Shown here piece after piece: positions 20,220 to 30,534 of a stretch of 30,694 nt of DNA; position 1 is the stretch's first letter, and each line of letters starts with the position of its first letter. The stretch lies in the NCBI GenBank assembly GCA_002269645.1, contig NIVC01004939.1, forward strand, positions 1-30,694, given 5' to 3'. The position numbers and the translations under genes are program-made. The notes under the pieces were generated by a model. That model saw nothing but the letters and a program-made list of their open reading frames with translations, searched no databases and had not been told where the DNA came from. This DNA comes from Macrostomum lignano. Taxonomy: Eukaryota.

Positions 20220-23200
20220 AGTCCCCGCCGCGGACTTTAGTCACTCAGCAGGCCACTGCTGAGACCGCCTCCGCTGCACCTATACAGCCATTAGCACCCA
20301 AGCGACCTCGGAGAGACCCGTTTCTAACTGGTGAGATTCAGGGCCGCTATTTTGCTTTCTTGCTTGATACCGGGTCCAAGTGCGAAGTCCTAGGATTCAG
20401 CACCTGGCACCGCCTATGTACTGACGACCCGACCTTGCGTGGCCAAATCGAGCCCTGCCTTCAACGTATCGTGACCTACAATGGAGAGCCTATTCAAATG
20501 GCAGGCCAGCTATCTATTAAAGTGAAAATTGGTAATTTCGAGCCTACAGTCAAGTTTCTGCTAGCAAAAGGATCGCATGACAACATTCTGGGTTTCGAGT
20601 TCCTGGAGAAGTACAGCACATCACTGGACCTCGCCGCCGGAATGCTGTTTTTCAAGGACGGCACTGCCGCACCACTTCGCTATATGCGAACTGAAGCTAC
20701 AACGTGCAGAATTTACACCGCCGAGAGCACTACGGTGCCACCATTATCATCTGCCCGAATCAAAATCAAATTAGCAAAAGGACAAAAAGAAAACCAGGAT
20801 ACACCCGCAGTGATCGAGCCGCTGAAACCGGCTCGGCGTGAAGAAGATGTGCAGCACCTGGACGCCACGCCTGCCCTGATTTCCATGGCTAATGGAGAAG
20901 GCGCTATCAAAATGATCAACCATGGTACTACAGCCATCAAAGTGCGAGCGAATGCCCTAGTCGGGATTGCTAGACCAATCAGACTGCCCGAGCTACATTT
21001 CTTCCCGCTGCTGAAATCAGAAGACTCTGTCAATCAAATCCAAGACAAGGATCCCGATGCCTGGATTAAGGAGATTGATATCAGTGAGGATCTTTCCAAA
21101 GACCAGCGCGCTCAAGTCATTGAGCTATTGAGAAAGTACAAGACCATCTTCTCGCAGGGGCCACACGATCTCGGCCGAACTCATCTGGTCACCCACAACA
21201 TCGTACTGAAGGACAAAGATCCGGTGCATCTCCCAACGCGAAGGATCCCGCCGCACCTGCTACCCAAGGTGGACCAGTTACTCGACGATCTGCTGGCCAA
21301 AGGCGTGATTCGACTGAGCTTCTCCAGCTATAACACCCCGCTGGTGATCATCCCGAAGAAGGACGGCAGCCTACGAATTGTGCAAGATTTCAGGAGTCTG
21401 AATCAAAAGTGTGAGTACTTTCCGTACTCGATTCCTAACATCCAAGAAGCATTCGCTAGCCTCGAAGGAAGCCAGCTATTCAGCACGTTTGACTTGAACA
21501 GCGGCTACTATCAGATTCCACTGCGTCCAGAGGATCAAGAGCTGACTGCCTTCGCCACGCTGCACTGCGGACAATTTGCCTACAATGTTATGCCTATGGG
21601 ACTAAGTTCAGCTCCAGCTAGCTTCATGCGACTGATGAACGCTGTGCTCAACGGGATCGCCTACAAAAGTGCAATAGCCTATCTGGATGACGTCATCGTC
21701 TACTCTAAGAAATTCAACGATCACCTACAACATATGGAAGAAGTTTTCAAACGGGTTCCAGAAGCAAATCTAAAGTTCAAAGGCAAGAAGTGCCATCTAT
21801 TTCGGGCCAGTATAAACTATCTGGGACATGTGGTAACAAAAGATGGAATCAAGACCGACCCAGCTAAGATCGAAGCGATTCAAACCTGGCCAAGACCAAG
21901 GACAGCTCGCCAACTTAAAAGTTTTGTCTGCACGTGCGCTTATTATGCCAAATTCGTACCTAGCTATGCAGAACTTGCTGCTCCGCTCCACGATCTGATT
22001 AAGGAGAAGAGGATTAGAAACTTGAATTGTCTATGGGGAAAAGCCCAGCAAGATGCGTTTGATCAGCTCAAGGCCGCAATGACTTCGACGACAGTGTTTG
22101 CGTATCCGCAGTTCAGTGAAGATCCGGATGTAATGTTTATCCTGGACACGGATGCTTCTGCAACCAGAATCGGAGCCTGTCTGAGCCAACGCCAAGCTGA
22201 CGGAGTTGAGCGACCAATTGGCTATTTCTCCCGGCGACTGAAACTAGCCGAAGCCCGATATCCGATTACTAAACAGCAACTCTTGGCAGTCGTAGATGGA
22301 ATGCGACACTTCAGATTCTACCTGCTGGCCAAGAAGTTTATCTGCCGAACCGATCATGCCGCATTAACCTGGATCTTAAGGCGAACTCAGCAAGAAGGAA
22401 TCTTCGGACGATGGCTGCAGAGACTAAGCAAATTTGAGTTCAAGATCCAGCATCGCAAATCGAGTCAGCATCAAAACGCCGACAGTCTCTCGAGACGGCC
22501 GGAGGACGACGCCGAATGCTTGGAGGAGGCTCAGCGCAAGGCAGCTGATGAGGACCAAAGTAAGCAGCCAGCCGCGATAACTGGCGCAGCAGCGCCGAAG
22601 GTCCACGACAGCAGCCACCCTAGTCCTCCACCGAGCAAGAAGCCGTCGACCCGCTGTAAGCGACAGAAACCGCCAACTAAGCCGAAGGAGTCCAACGGCG
22701 AGGCTACGCCGCCAGCAACCCCGACAGCCGACAGCAAGCCGCTGACAGAGCTGCACCCGCCGGCGACGAAGCTGAGGCCATCAGCCAGCCGTTACGATGA
22801 CTCGCAGAGGTCGCCTACCAGTTTTAGTAGCACGACATGTTGCCCGTCAAGGAGCCGCCGACTACTAGCTGGAGACGGCACAGACAGCGACCACAGCGCA
22901 GCCAGAGAGGACAGCTGCCAACCCGCTCGCTGCCCAAAGTTTAAGAAGGTGAGATTCAGCAGCGACGCGGACAGCTCTGCTGACTCATCATCAACTGCTG
23001 ACCGATCTGAATCCGACAACAATGACGCCAAAGCTACCGACAAGGATCGACCTTCGGGCACATCAACGACCCGGCAACCGGCCAGAGTAGCGATCGTGCG
23101 GAGGGAGCTCCAGACCCCGAACCATGCCACCATAGCCGAAGCCGCGCCAACTAATTTGACTAATCGACGTTCAACATTGAATCTAACTGATCACATCCCG

Positions 23201-24742
23201 AGGCCAGTCACTCGTGAGGAGCTCCAGACTCATCAGCGTGCTGACTCTGCCATCGCCATGATGATCAACCTTTTGGAAAGCCGACAGCCAAAACCGCCAC
23301 TAAATCAGCAATTGAATATGACGCGAGACGAACGAAACTTACTAGCGTTCTACGAGCAGCTCGAAGTCCGAGACGATGGACTATTAGTTATTCATCTCGA
23401 CGATATTGGCGAAGAGGAGAAAGCGCGGATCGTTCTGCCGAAGAGCCTCGACCCCACTGTGTTTGCCGACCTGCACGGTTCGCCCTACTGCGGACACATG
23501 GGCCGAGACCTCACCATCGCAAAGGTGCGCGAAAGGTTCTGGCGACCTGCCCTGGCCAAGGCAGTGTCCGACTATGTTGCTTCCTGCCAGACCTGCACTC
23601 AAAGCAAAGGATGGCGACGAATTCCGGCGCATGTACAGTCGTTTCCGGTCTGCAAAATCTATGGGCAATGTGCAATCGATATCCTGGGCCCCACTGGAGA
23701 CCTGACAGACTGAGGAAACAAGTACATCCTAACCTACGTCGATACTACGTCGAAGTATCCATTCGCCTTCGCCATGAAAAATCAGCGCACCAAGACAATT
23801 ATAACTCTGCTGCAGGAACAAGTCTTCCCAATCACCGGAATTCCCGCGTGGATCCATTCGGACCAAGGCAAGCAGTTCACTGGGCACGAGTTTAGACATT
23901 TCTGCGAAGTCTATGGCATCCGGCAGACAACGACGCCACCATATTCGCCCTGGGCCAATGGACAAGCTGAATCGTGCAACAAAAACATCAAGAAGGTGCT
24001 CACTTGTCTTCTCGAAGATCATCAACAGTGGGACAAGATGCTGCCAGCCGCTTTGACAGCCCTGCGATCAGCTGTCAATCGTACGACGGGATTCTCGCCG
24101 CATTACGTCGTCTACAGAGTGCCTTATTGGTACCCGATCGATAACACCCTAGACCGCCTGGACGTATCTCCGGACATCCCCGAGTACATCGCGAAGCATC
24201 AGCGCAGACTGGCCGAGACCGAGAGAATTGTGCGACAGTGATTGCGAGCCGAGATCCAACGCCGCGAAGAATACTACGAGAACCGACCCAAGCCCGTGGA
24301 ACTGCAGCCCGGAGATCTGGTCTGCCTGGCCAACCCGAAGCTCGAGTTGGGTGAGCTGCCCAAGTTCCACCGGCCATACAAGAGTATGTACAAGGTCAAC
24401 AGAAAGGTCGGTGAAGTAGCTTATTGGATCCAGCCAGCAACTGCCCGACGAGGACACCCCGCCGAAATGTTGGTACATCGCAACAACATAATTAAGGTGC
24501 CGCAGATGATGGCGGATCGACCACAGGAGCCACCGCGCCAAACAGAGCGGCCAATGCTGCCCTATGAGTCGAGCGAAGACAGCGAAGTCGACCCAGCCAA
24601 TCAGCCCACGCCAGAGCAGCCGGCCACAACTCAGCTAGACCTGCGAGGCAGTCAGCTGTTTGAGCCAAGCCTCCGCCATCCGGAAGTGCTCGCCGAAGGC
24701 GACCCGGATCTGCCTGACATCGGCATGGAAATGGAGATCTGA
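20105..24742 (+). pseudogene. pol: Pol (protease, RT, RNase H, long disordered linker, integrase) broken by two in-frame TGA codons
   Basis: LLDTGS (PR), FDLNSGYYQI, MPMGL and YLDDV (RT), DTDAS (RH), H-X6-H...C-X2-C and IDILGP/SDQG/NGQAE (IN). Stops at 23711-23713 and 24239-24241. ORFs 20105-23713, 23774-24241 and 24242-24742 share one frame. Confidence 0.95.
20156..20202 (+). promoter_or_regulatory. -1 programmed ribosomal frameshift signal (G GGA AAC plus hairpin)
   Basis: Heptamer GGGAAAC at 20156-20162 in the correct gag phase. A 6-nt spacer precedes an 8-bp perfect stem gctggatg (20169-76)/catccagc (20195-202). Pol is in the -1 frame. Confidence 0.88.
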
Positions 24743-24892
24743 AAAGGTATTTACCAATGAATTTTCTGTTGCGCCAAGTTGCTAACTTTTGATGCGCATT
24801 ACTAGTAGTAGTCTAATTTGTGAACGCGTTCCGATTTTAATTTTGCGGTAAGCTTTCTCTGTACCTGTTCTGTGCTGAAAGCAGATTTCAAT

Positions 24893-25290
24893 TTTCCAGT
24901 TCAATTTTATTTTCCTTATGCTTGAGGGATAAAAGCAACAAATTTTCTGTACTTTCCTTATGCTTGAGGGCAAAAGCAATTAATTTTCTGTACTTTCCTT
25001 ATGCTGAGGGCAAAAGCAACTAATTTTCTGTACTTTCCTTATGCTTGAGGGCAAAAGCAATTAATTTCTGTACTTCCCTTATGCTTGATGGCAAAAGCAG
25101 TGTTTCTCAATGTACTTTCCTTATGCTTGAGGGCAAAAGCAACTAATTTTTTTTTCCATTTCTGCTCCTTACGCTTTCCGGTCAAAAGCCTTTGTACATT
25201 GTGCTCATGCTCAATTGGTGCCCATATTTATTCAACGCGACCTGCACTTCTGCGTTCTGATATTTAGCCTTAGGCTTGATGGGAAAAGCC
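24893..25290 (+). repeat. 41-bp tandem array plus dispersed copies of the core motif CCTTATGCTTGAGGGCAAAAGC in the pol-ORF3 spacer
   Basis: Six tandem units (ttttctgtactttccttatgcttgagggcaaaagcaactaa) at ~24900-25150, plus variant cores near 25168 and 25269. Confidence 0.92.
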
Positions 25291-26089
25291 AGCACCTACG
25301 CGACAATTACTTATCCGCATGCAATTCATTAATTTGCTCAATTGCGTGTCATTAACTTTGCGAAGTTATATTTCAATCGTAAACCTTGCAGTCCTTGCTT
25401 GTGGCTGAAGGTATTTTTTTTAATTTTTGCAAGCCAATGTTGCTCTGGTGCCACAGTCGTTTGCCCCGCTCAGGTCTAGCCACCCTGGCTCTAGGCCTTG
25501 TCCTCAGCGGAGGGCATCTGAGGTGAACGGCCCCCTTTTTCTTTGTTCTGACCAAGCCGAGCCTGGGAAAATTTGTAAGGGCGCCTGTCCAGCCCCTTCC
25601 TAGTGCCTTTTGCCGTTTTGTGTAACTCCTTATGGAGATCCAAATTCTAACTCAGTCACTATGCCTGTATCTATCTGCTATTCTAATTTTTAGGAACTAC
25701 CTATGTTCTTACTATTTTTCTAAACTACTGTTTATGCGAATGTTCAGCCCCCCCCCTCTCTCTAACCGCCAACCTGTTTTGTGAGCCGTGTGAGGCGCCC
25801 CATTCATTCATTCTGATTTTGGACCCCTGCCGCGCGGTTATCTATTTTATGACTCCTTGATTCATGCGCCCATCCCAACTCTGTGTGCCACCTTAGAGTG
25901 CACGGGGGTGATGGCTCAATTCCAGTGGTTGAATTTTATTTCCTCTGGTTGGTTTGGAATTCCACCAGTTGGAATATTTTGCACCTATTTTAGGGGCCAT
26001 CTTCAATTTTATTTTCTCCAATTCTGTTGATCCGACCTGCTAAGCTAAATTTTCTTCTGGACACTCGCATTACGTCTCGTCGCAGCTCT

Positions 26090-26521
26090 ATGGCTAACAA
26101 TTGGTCCAACTGCGACAATGTCTCTCCAGAGATGCAGACAACCGCGCCCTGGCTGTCCACCAATGAAGCTGACACCCTGCGGGCCCTGGCCACTGCCCCA
26201 AGCGGCGCGGCCCCAGCTCGCGAACAGCTCCGCCGCGCGCTCAACGAGGCCTACCACCAGGCGGACGACAAGGGCCGCGTTCAAGTGGATGCCCCATGGC
26301 AGACACTCTGTCGCGAAATGCCGCCCGTGAACACGAGGGAGCTCCTCGATGCGACGCTGCGGCGTGTAGATGCCTGCTTTCGCAAGGGAGGACGACCCCG
26401 GCCTGCCCTCGCCCTATTTGTCACGCTGGCTTATTAGGAGGCGGGCCACCTCCAGAACGGATGGCTGCCAGAGGTCCGCCAGTTCTGGGAGGCCGCCATC
26501 GAGAGGCACCCGGAGCCTTAA
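26090..26521 (+). pseudogene. Accessory ORF3 of the Gypsy element (unknown function, not env-like), with an in-frame TAG at 26435-26437
   Basis: ATG 26090 follows a candidate acceptor cgcag| (26084-85). MANNWSNC...PALALFVTLAY*EAGHLQNGWLPEVRQFWEAAIERHPEP. A homologous peptide is readable in the old copy at ~16370-16722. Confidence 0.7.
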
Positions 26522-26652
26522 ATGGGCAGCGCCTGCAGCTTCTTGACCTTCAGCCCGAGCCTGCGCGTGGCCGGCTGGCGAAGCAGGACTGCCGCCCCTG
26601 AGATGTCCGGGAGTTCGTCTGTCTGCTGCCATTCGCCCCGGCGCCCCGCGCC

Positions 26653-27539
26653 TGTGGTAGGCCGGTCTACCACTGGGGTGAACGACGGCAGATCTCTCGC
26701 GGGCGACAACATGAGGACGGCCGGACAGATTGACGTCATTTTTTTTCAACTTTTGTTCCCTGGTTTGTTCCCCCGTGTTGTTCCCGCCCTTGCTCCCTTG
26801 TCTGTTCCCTTTTCTGTTCCCTCCATTGGCCCCTGTTGTTTTAATGTTTCCAGCAGCCGGGTTTTCCTCTTTTTCCTTCGTTGTCCCTTCCCTTGTCCCA
26901 TCCTCTGTCCCACCCCTGGGATCCTTCACGCCAATATGTTATATATGAGTTATCTCTGGAGTCATTTTTTTTAAAGTGTGTGTGTTTGTTTGAGTTTTAG
27001 TTTAGTTAGTTTCTGCTCCTGTCTCTGCTTGTTCATCTCGCGTAGCGATAATAACTAACCGTAATAATAATTAACGAAATAATAATAAGTTCGCAACATT
27101 TAATATTTATTCAGTTGTTCAGAATTGAAGCCTTTAGTTTTCTATTGAGTCATTTGCCCGCGGGGCATAAAATAACCAATCAGTCTCATCTCAAAGAAAG
27201 CTCTGAGACCCTAAACATTCCGTAAAACGACATTTATGGTGGTGGCAGCGCTACTTTACTACTGAGAGTAACACAACTAGCAATTTTGACAAACTATAAT
27301 TTTTCGGTGTCTGAGGACCTAATTTGAATGACCCGGGCCGCTACAGGACCACTCGACTACGATTACGACTACCCTCCCCGGAATTGAGGACCCGGCAGAC
27401 GGAGTAACCTAGGAGAAGAATCAGCGCAGCAATTTGTGCAATTTTCCGGCTTTACATGCCAACGACAAACCCAAATTTTTTATTCTCCCTAATCTTACAA
27501 TTTCAAATCTTGTTTATTTTTTTCACCACCCCTACCTCA
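26653..27539 (+). repeat. 3' LTR (887 bp)
   Basis: TGTGGTAGG...CCTACCTCA, an 8/9 terminal inverted repeat, followed by CTAG. Confidence 0.96.
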
Positions 27540-27543
27540 CTAG

Positions 27544-27632
27544 TAATAGTTCAAAAGTCAAAACCCCTTATTTTGGTATTAGCCAACTGACCACTAAAAT
27601 ATAGGCCTATTTCTTTTTCTGCCCTTACCTTA
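27544..27632 (+). repeat. Displaced 3' end of the old element's LTR
   Basis: Ends ...tatttctttttctgcccttacctta, matching the young LTR end tattttcttcaccacccctacctca with the terminal CA read as TA. Confidence 0.6.
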
Positions 27633-28888
27633 ATATTTATTCTAATTTTAAGAAATAAATGCCAAGAATATATTATAAATCCTTTGTTTTGCATATAAAA
27701 AGAAGATTATCTTTTTTCCAATAAATATAAAATATATAAAATATTATAAGCTAATAATAATATTTATAATACATATATTTACTAAATATTTCAATAGGCC
27801 TTAATATTAATATTATGACCTATTTTACTAGGACCTATATTAATATTAGCACATTCTGTTTTATTAGGCTTAATACTTATTAAAATTATATTATAGTTGC
27901 TAGCCTAGGCTTTTCATTAAAAAACATATTGTCTTATTTAATTTTAACTAGGCCTACTATAAGTTTAAAAAAGCCTAAGCCTTAGGCTAAGGAAGCGGAA
28001 GGAAATATTTTGCCAAACATTAAAAAAAATAATTTTTTTGTAATTATTATATAACTTTTATTTTAAAAGGAAGTATTGACACTATTGCATACCATAAACA
28101 TGGCAAAAATAATTAAAGTTTATAATTAAATTATCATATAGGCCTAATGTTGGCAAATGGCAATCCTGCACTGGTGCACTTTAATTGAGTAAATTATTTT
28201 GACATCGAATATGCATTTTAAGCCCCCTACACTATTTCAATTTTACATGGATAGCAGAGACTTGTATTTAATTAAAATCAGTCTTGTAAGTAATTATGTA
28301 AAAACATACTTGCTCACATATACACACTAGGCCTAATTCATATGGCACTAGCTTGTGGCCTCCCGGATGAATGGATGATAGATCCGTCAGGCACCACCGA
28401 ATCACTGCAGACAGGACTCGGACTGCAGTTTCACAATCCTGCGACCTGCGGCGACTGTTACCTGCTGTACTTTAAAAACAATGGCTTAGGTGTTGACCTA
28501 TCCCCACAATAACTACTGTTTATAACAAAAAATATACCATGATAACAGCAGAAACTACGCTCAGCAAAACAGCATAAAGTTCCTCTTCCTCCAGGACCAA
28601 GTTGCAGCAGTTCAGTTTCAGCTTGTTGCGATTCTCGTTTCACGGAAAGAAAAAATCGAGAGAAACAGAAACTCTATTGTAGCACGTATAACAAAACAAA
28701 CTTTTATGTTTAAATGCTTTAAAAGCGAGAATACAAACTACTGCCTTCTATTAATTAGTTCTTTAACTTTGAAAAGCAATATTCCTTCTTTATATAAGTT
28801 AAAACATTACGGCATTTACAATAATAAGTGAACTGCCTGAATTGAAAGATCGATCGATAGTCGATCGCATCGTTTAATAGTTACAGGC

Positions 28889-29655
28889 TAGGGGTCCAAT
28901 GGATAGCTATCCCGGCTTTTTGTTAGTGTTCGGGATCCCGGGATTAGGGATCCGGGATCCGGGTAGCACGGGATTGCATGGAATTTACAATTTGCAAAAG
29001 TGAATATTTTTCGTCTTGCAGTTAGCAGTTAACAGTTTTGAGAGAATTTTTGCATCCTGAGAATGAAGTTTTAGAATGAAGGACAGTAGGACTATTAATC
29101 AACTGTATCAAGCACTACTACTAGTCACTGAGTAGACTAAGGGTCTAGTCTAGACTCTAACCTGTCAAGTGCAATGGCCTGGACACTGGGCCCAACTGGT
29201 CCGCGGGGCCCGCTGCAGGGCGCAGGCGCAGCTAGCTAAGGAAAAGAAAGGAAGCAGTAGAAAAAGGAGGCCGGGTGGGGACTGGGTTCTGAGTCTGAGC
29301 CTCGATCTGTGTGTGTGTGTGTGTGAGGTGGTCTGTGTGTTGGGGCTGAAAGAGGCACCCAGCGCAGCGTATACAGTCCTAATCCGAGGGGAGAGGGTGT
29401 AGTTTAGTTATGTATGTACAACTAACAACTAACTTCAACTATTTTATCAATGCAGTATAAGCTAGAAATAGAAAGTAGAAATCCAACAAATGATGCATGC
29501 TCGAATTGGTTGAGAAATTTGTTTTGTGGATAATAGAAAGCTTTCCGTAAATTTTGTTTGTTTAAAAATCCCGGGATTGGCCCGGGATCCCGGGATTTGG
29601 TCAATTTTTTTCCGGATACCGGCATTTGTAAAATGTCCGGGATTTGGGACCCCTA
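28889..29655. mobile_element. Non-autonomous hAT-type DNA transposon (767 bp)
   Basis: Perfect 9-bp TIR TAGGGGTCC (28889-28897) / GGACCCCTA (29647-29655). 8-bp TSD ttacaggc (28881-88) / ttacaggt (29656-63), 7/8 match. Clusters of (C)CCGGGAT subterminal motifs at both ends. No transposase. Confidence 0.85.
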
Positions 29656-30372
29656 TTACAGGTATATCTGATTTCGAAACGCCAAAGGGAAGGTATTTTA
29701 TATCATATTTCCAATTGAACACATGATTGTTGGACACAACACCCTGTGTTATTGAAAGATTTTTTTCAACAAGTCTCTTAGTCCTTTTTCGGATTTTTTT
29801 AGCTTCGCTGAAACTAACAAGAATTCGAGAAATCGGATAAATTGTGCAGGTCATTTTTTAAGACGTAGTACGACTTGCAGTGACATCAACAATCACATTA
29901 ACTAATGATAACCATCTGATCGCGGCTTCCAAATGGTTACATATAGCTATAAAGATTGCATGGTACATGTACAATAGTAGCACGTTCGTCTCACATAATT
30001 TTAGAAGTCCAAACTTAATTGCTGTGAAAGGTGCATACCATACCCAAGACCATGCACTGTATAATACTGTATACCGGCGCAGCGGATCAAGAGTATAATA
30101 CTAAGACATAAAGTAACTATAATTTATGAAAAGTTTTCATGACAACTTAACGTTATACGCTCGTGGGTTACAGCTAGTATATACATGTATGTAACAGAAA
30201 ATCACATTTGTAGGCGACGAAAGCGGTACAATTGCAACAGTTGCTTATCATGAATCTCGCAATAAAAGTGTTCGCTGCTTTTGAGAACTTTAAAATATAA
30301 ATAACAGTACAACAGCAACAAGTTATAATTAAATTGCACGCGCATAATTATACACTGGATTTATTAACTTAC

Positions 30373-30517
30373 GAGTGGAAGTCCTCCTCCGGAGGAGAAG
30401 AGGGGAAGAACTCCCATCACCGGAATTCCATTCCCTGAAATCCATCAGCTGAAACTTCACTTGAATCCCATCTTCCAAATCGTCTCCAAATTCTTTACAA
30501 AATCTTTGAAAGACCAT
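30373..30517 (-). CDS. Candidate first coding (or 5') exon of an unidentified gene
   Basis: ATG at 30517 and an open frame to a consensus donor C|gtaagt at 30373/30372. No recognisable domain. Confidence 0.22.
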
Positions 30518-30534
30518 AGCTCAAAGACTCTCAG

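Larger units (their letters stand above)
17900..27539 (+). mobile_element. Near-complete Ty3/Gypsy LTR retrotransposon (9640 bp) with 4-bp CTAG target-site duplication
   Basis: Paired LTRs, CTAG at 17896-17899 and 27540-27543, PBS, gag, -1 pol with PR-RT-RH-IN order, and an extra ORF3. Confidence 0.97.

Noticed and set aside
23711-23713. Programmed readthrough TGA in integrase (TGA also present at the equivalent site in the old copy)
   Set aside because: It sits at the Arg of the usual RGNKYIL motif, and CGA>TGA is the dominant mutation in both copies, so independent CpG decay is the simpler explanation. Intact copies would settle it.
24893-25150. CRISPR-like repeat-spacer pattern in the Gypsy UTR
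   Set aside because: In the young copy the 'spacers' are near-identical, so this is a tandem array. It is kept only as a candidate cis element.
25373-25651. Antisense ORF (LVRTKKKG...HLRCPPLRTRP) with a counterpart in the old copy (15553-15783, HLRCPFLRTWP)
   Set aside because: It has no ATG (TTG/GTG starts), conserved flanking nucleotide blocks are read in different frames in the two copies, and the shared peptide coincides with the conserved hairpin. The resemblance of VRTK to a histone H3 tail is probably chance.
26090-26601. env gene
   Set aside because: Too short, with no signal peptide, furin cleavage site or C-terminal transmembrane anchor.
26414-26974. ORFs running into or inside the LTRs (26522-26974, 26414-26929, 17850-18221, 17977-18252)
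   Set aside because: Their length comes from stop-poor pyrimidine-rich LTR sequence, and single-base indels between the two LTRs change their frames.
27595-28340. Recurrent TAGGCCTA-like (and, window-wide, TACATGTA) palindromes as a binding-site array
   Set aside because: Irregular spacing in AT-rich decayed DNA and no associated feature. They cannot be distinguished from common background words.
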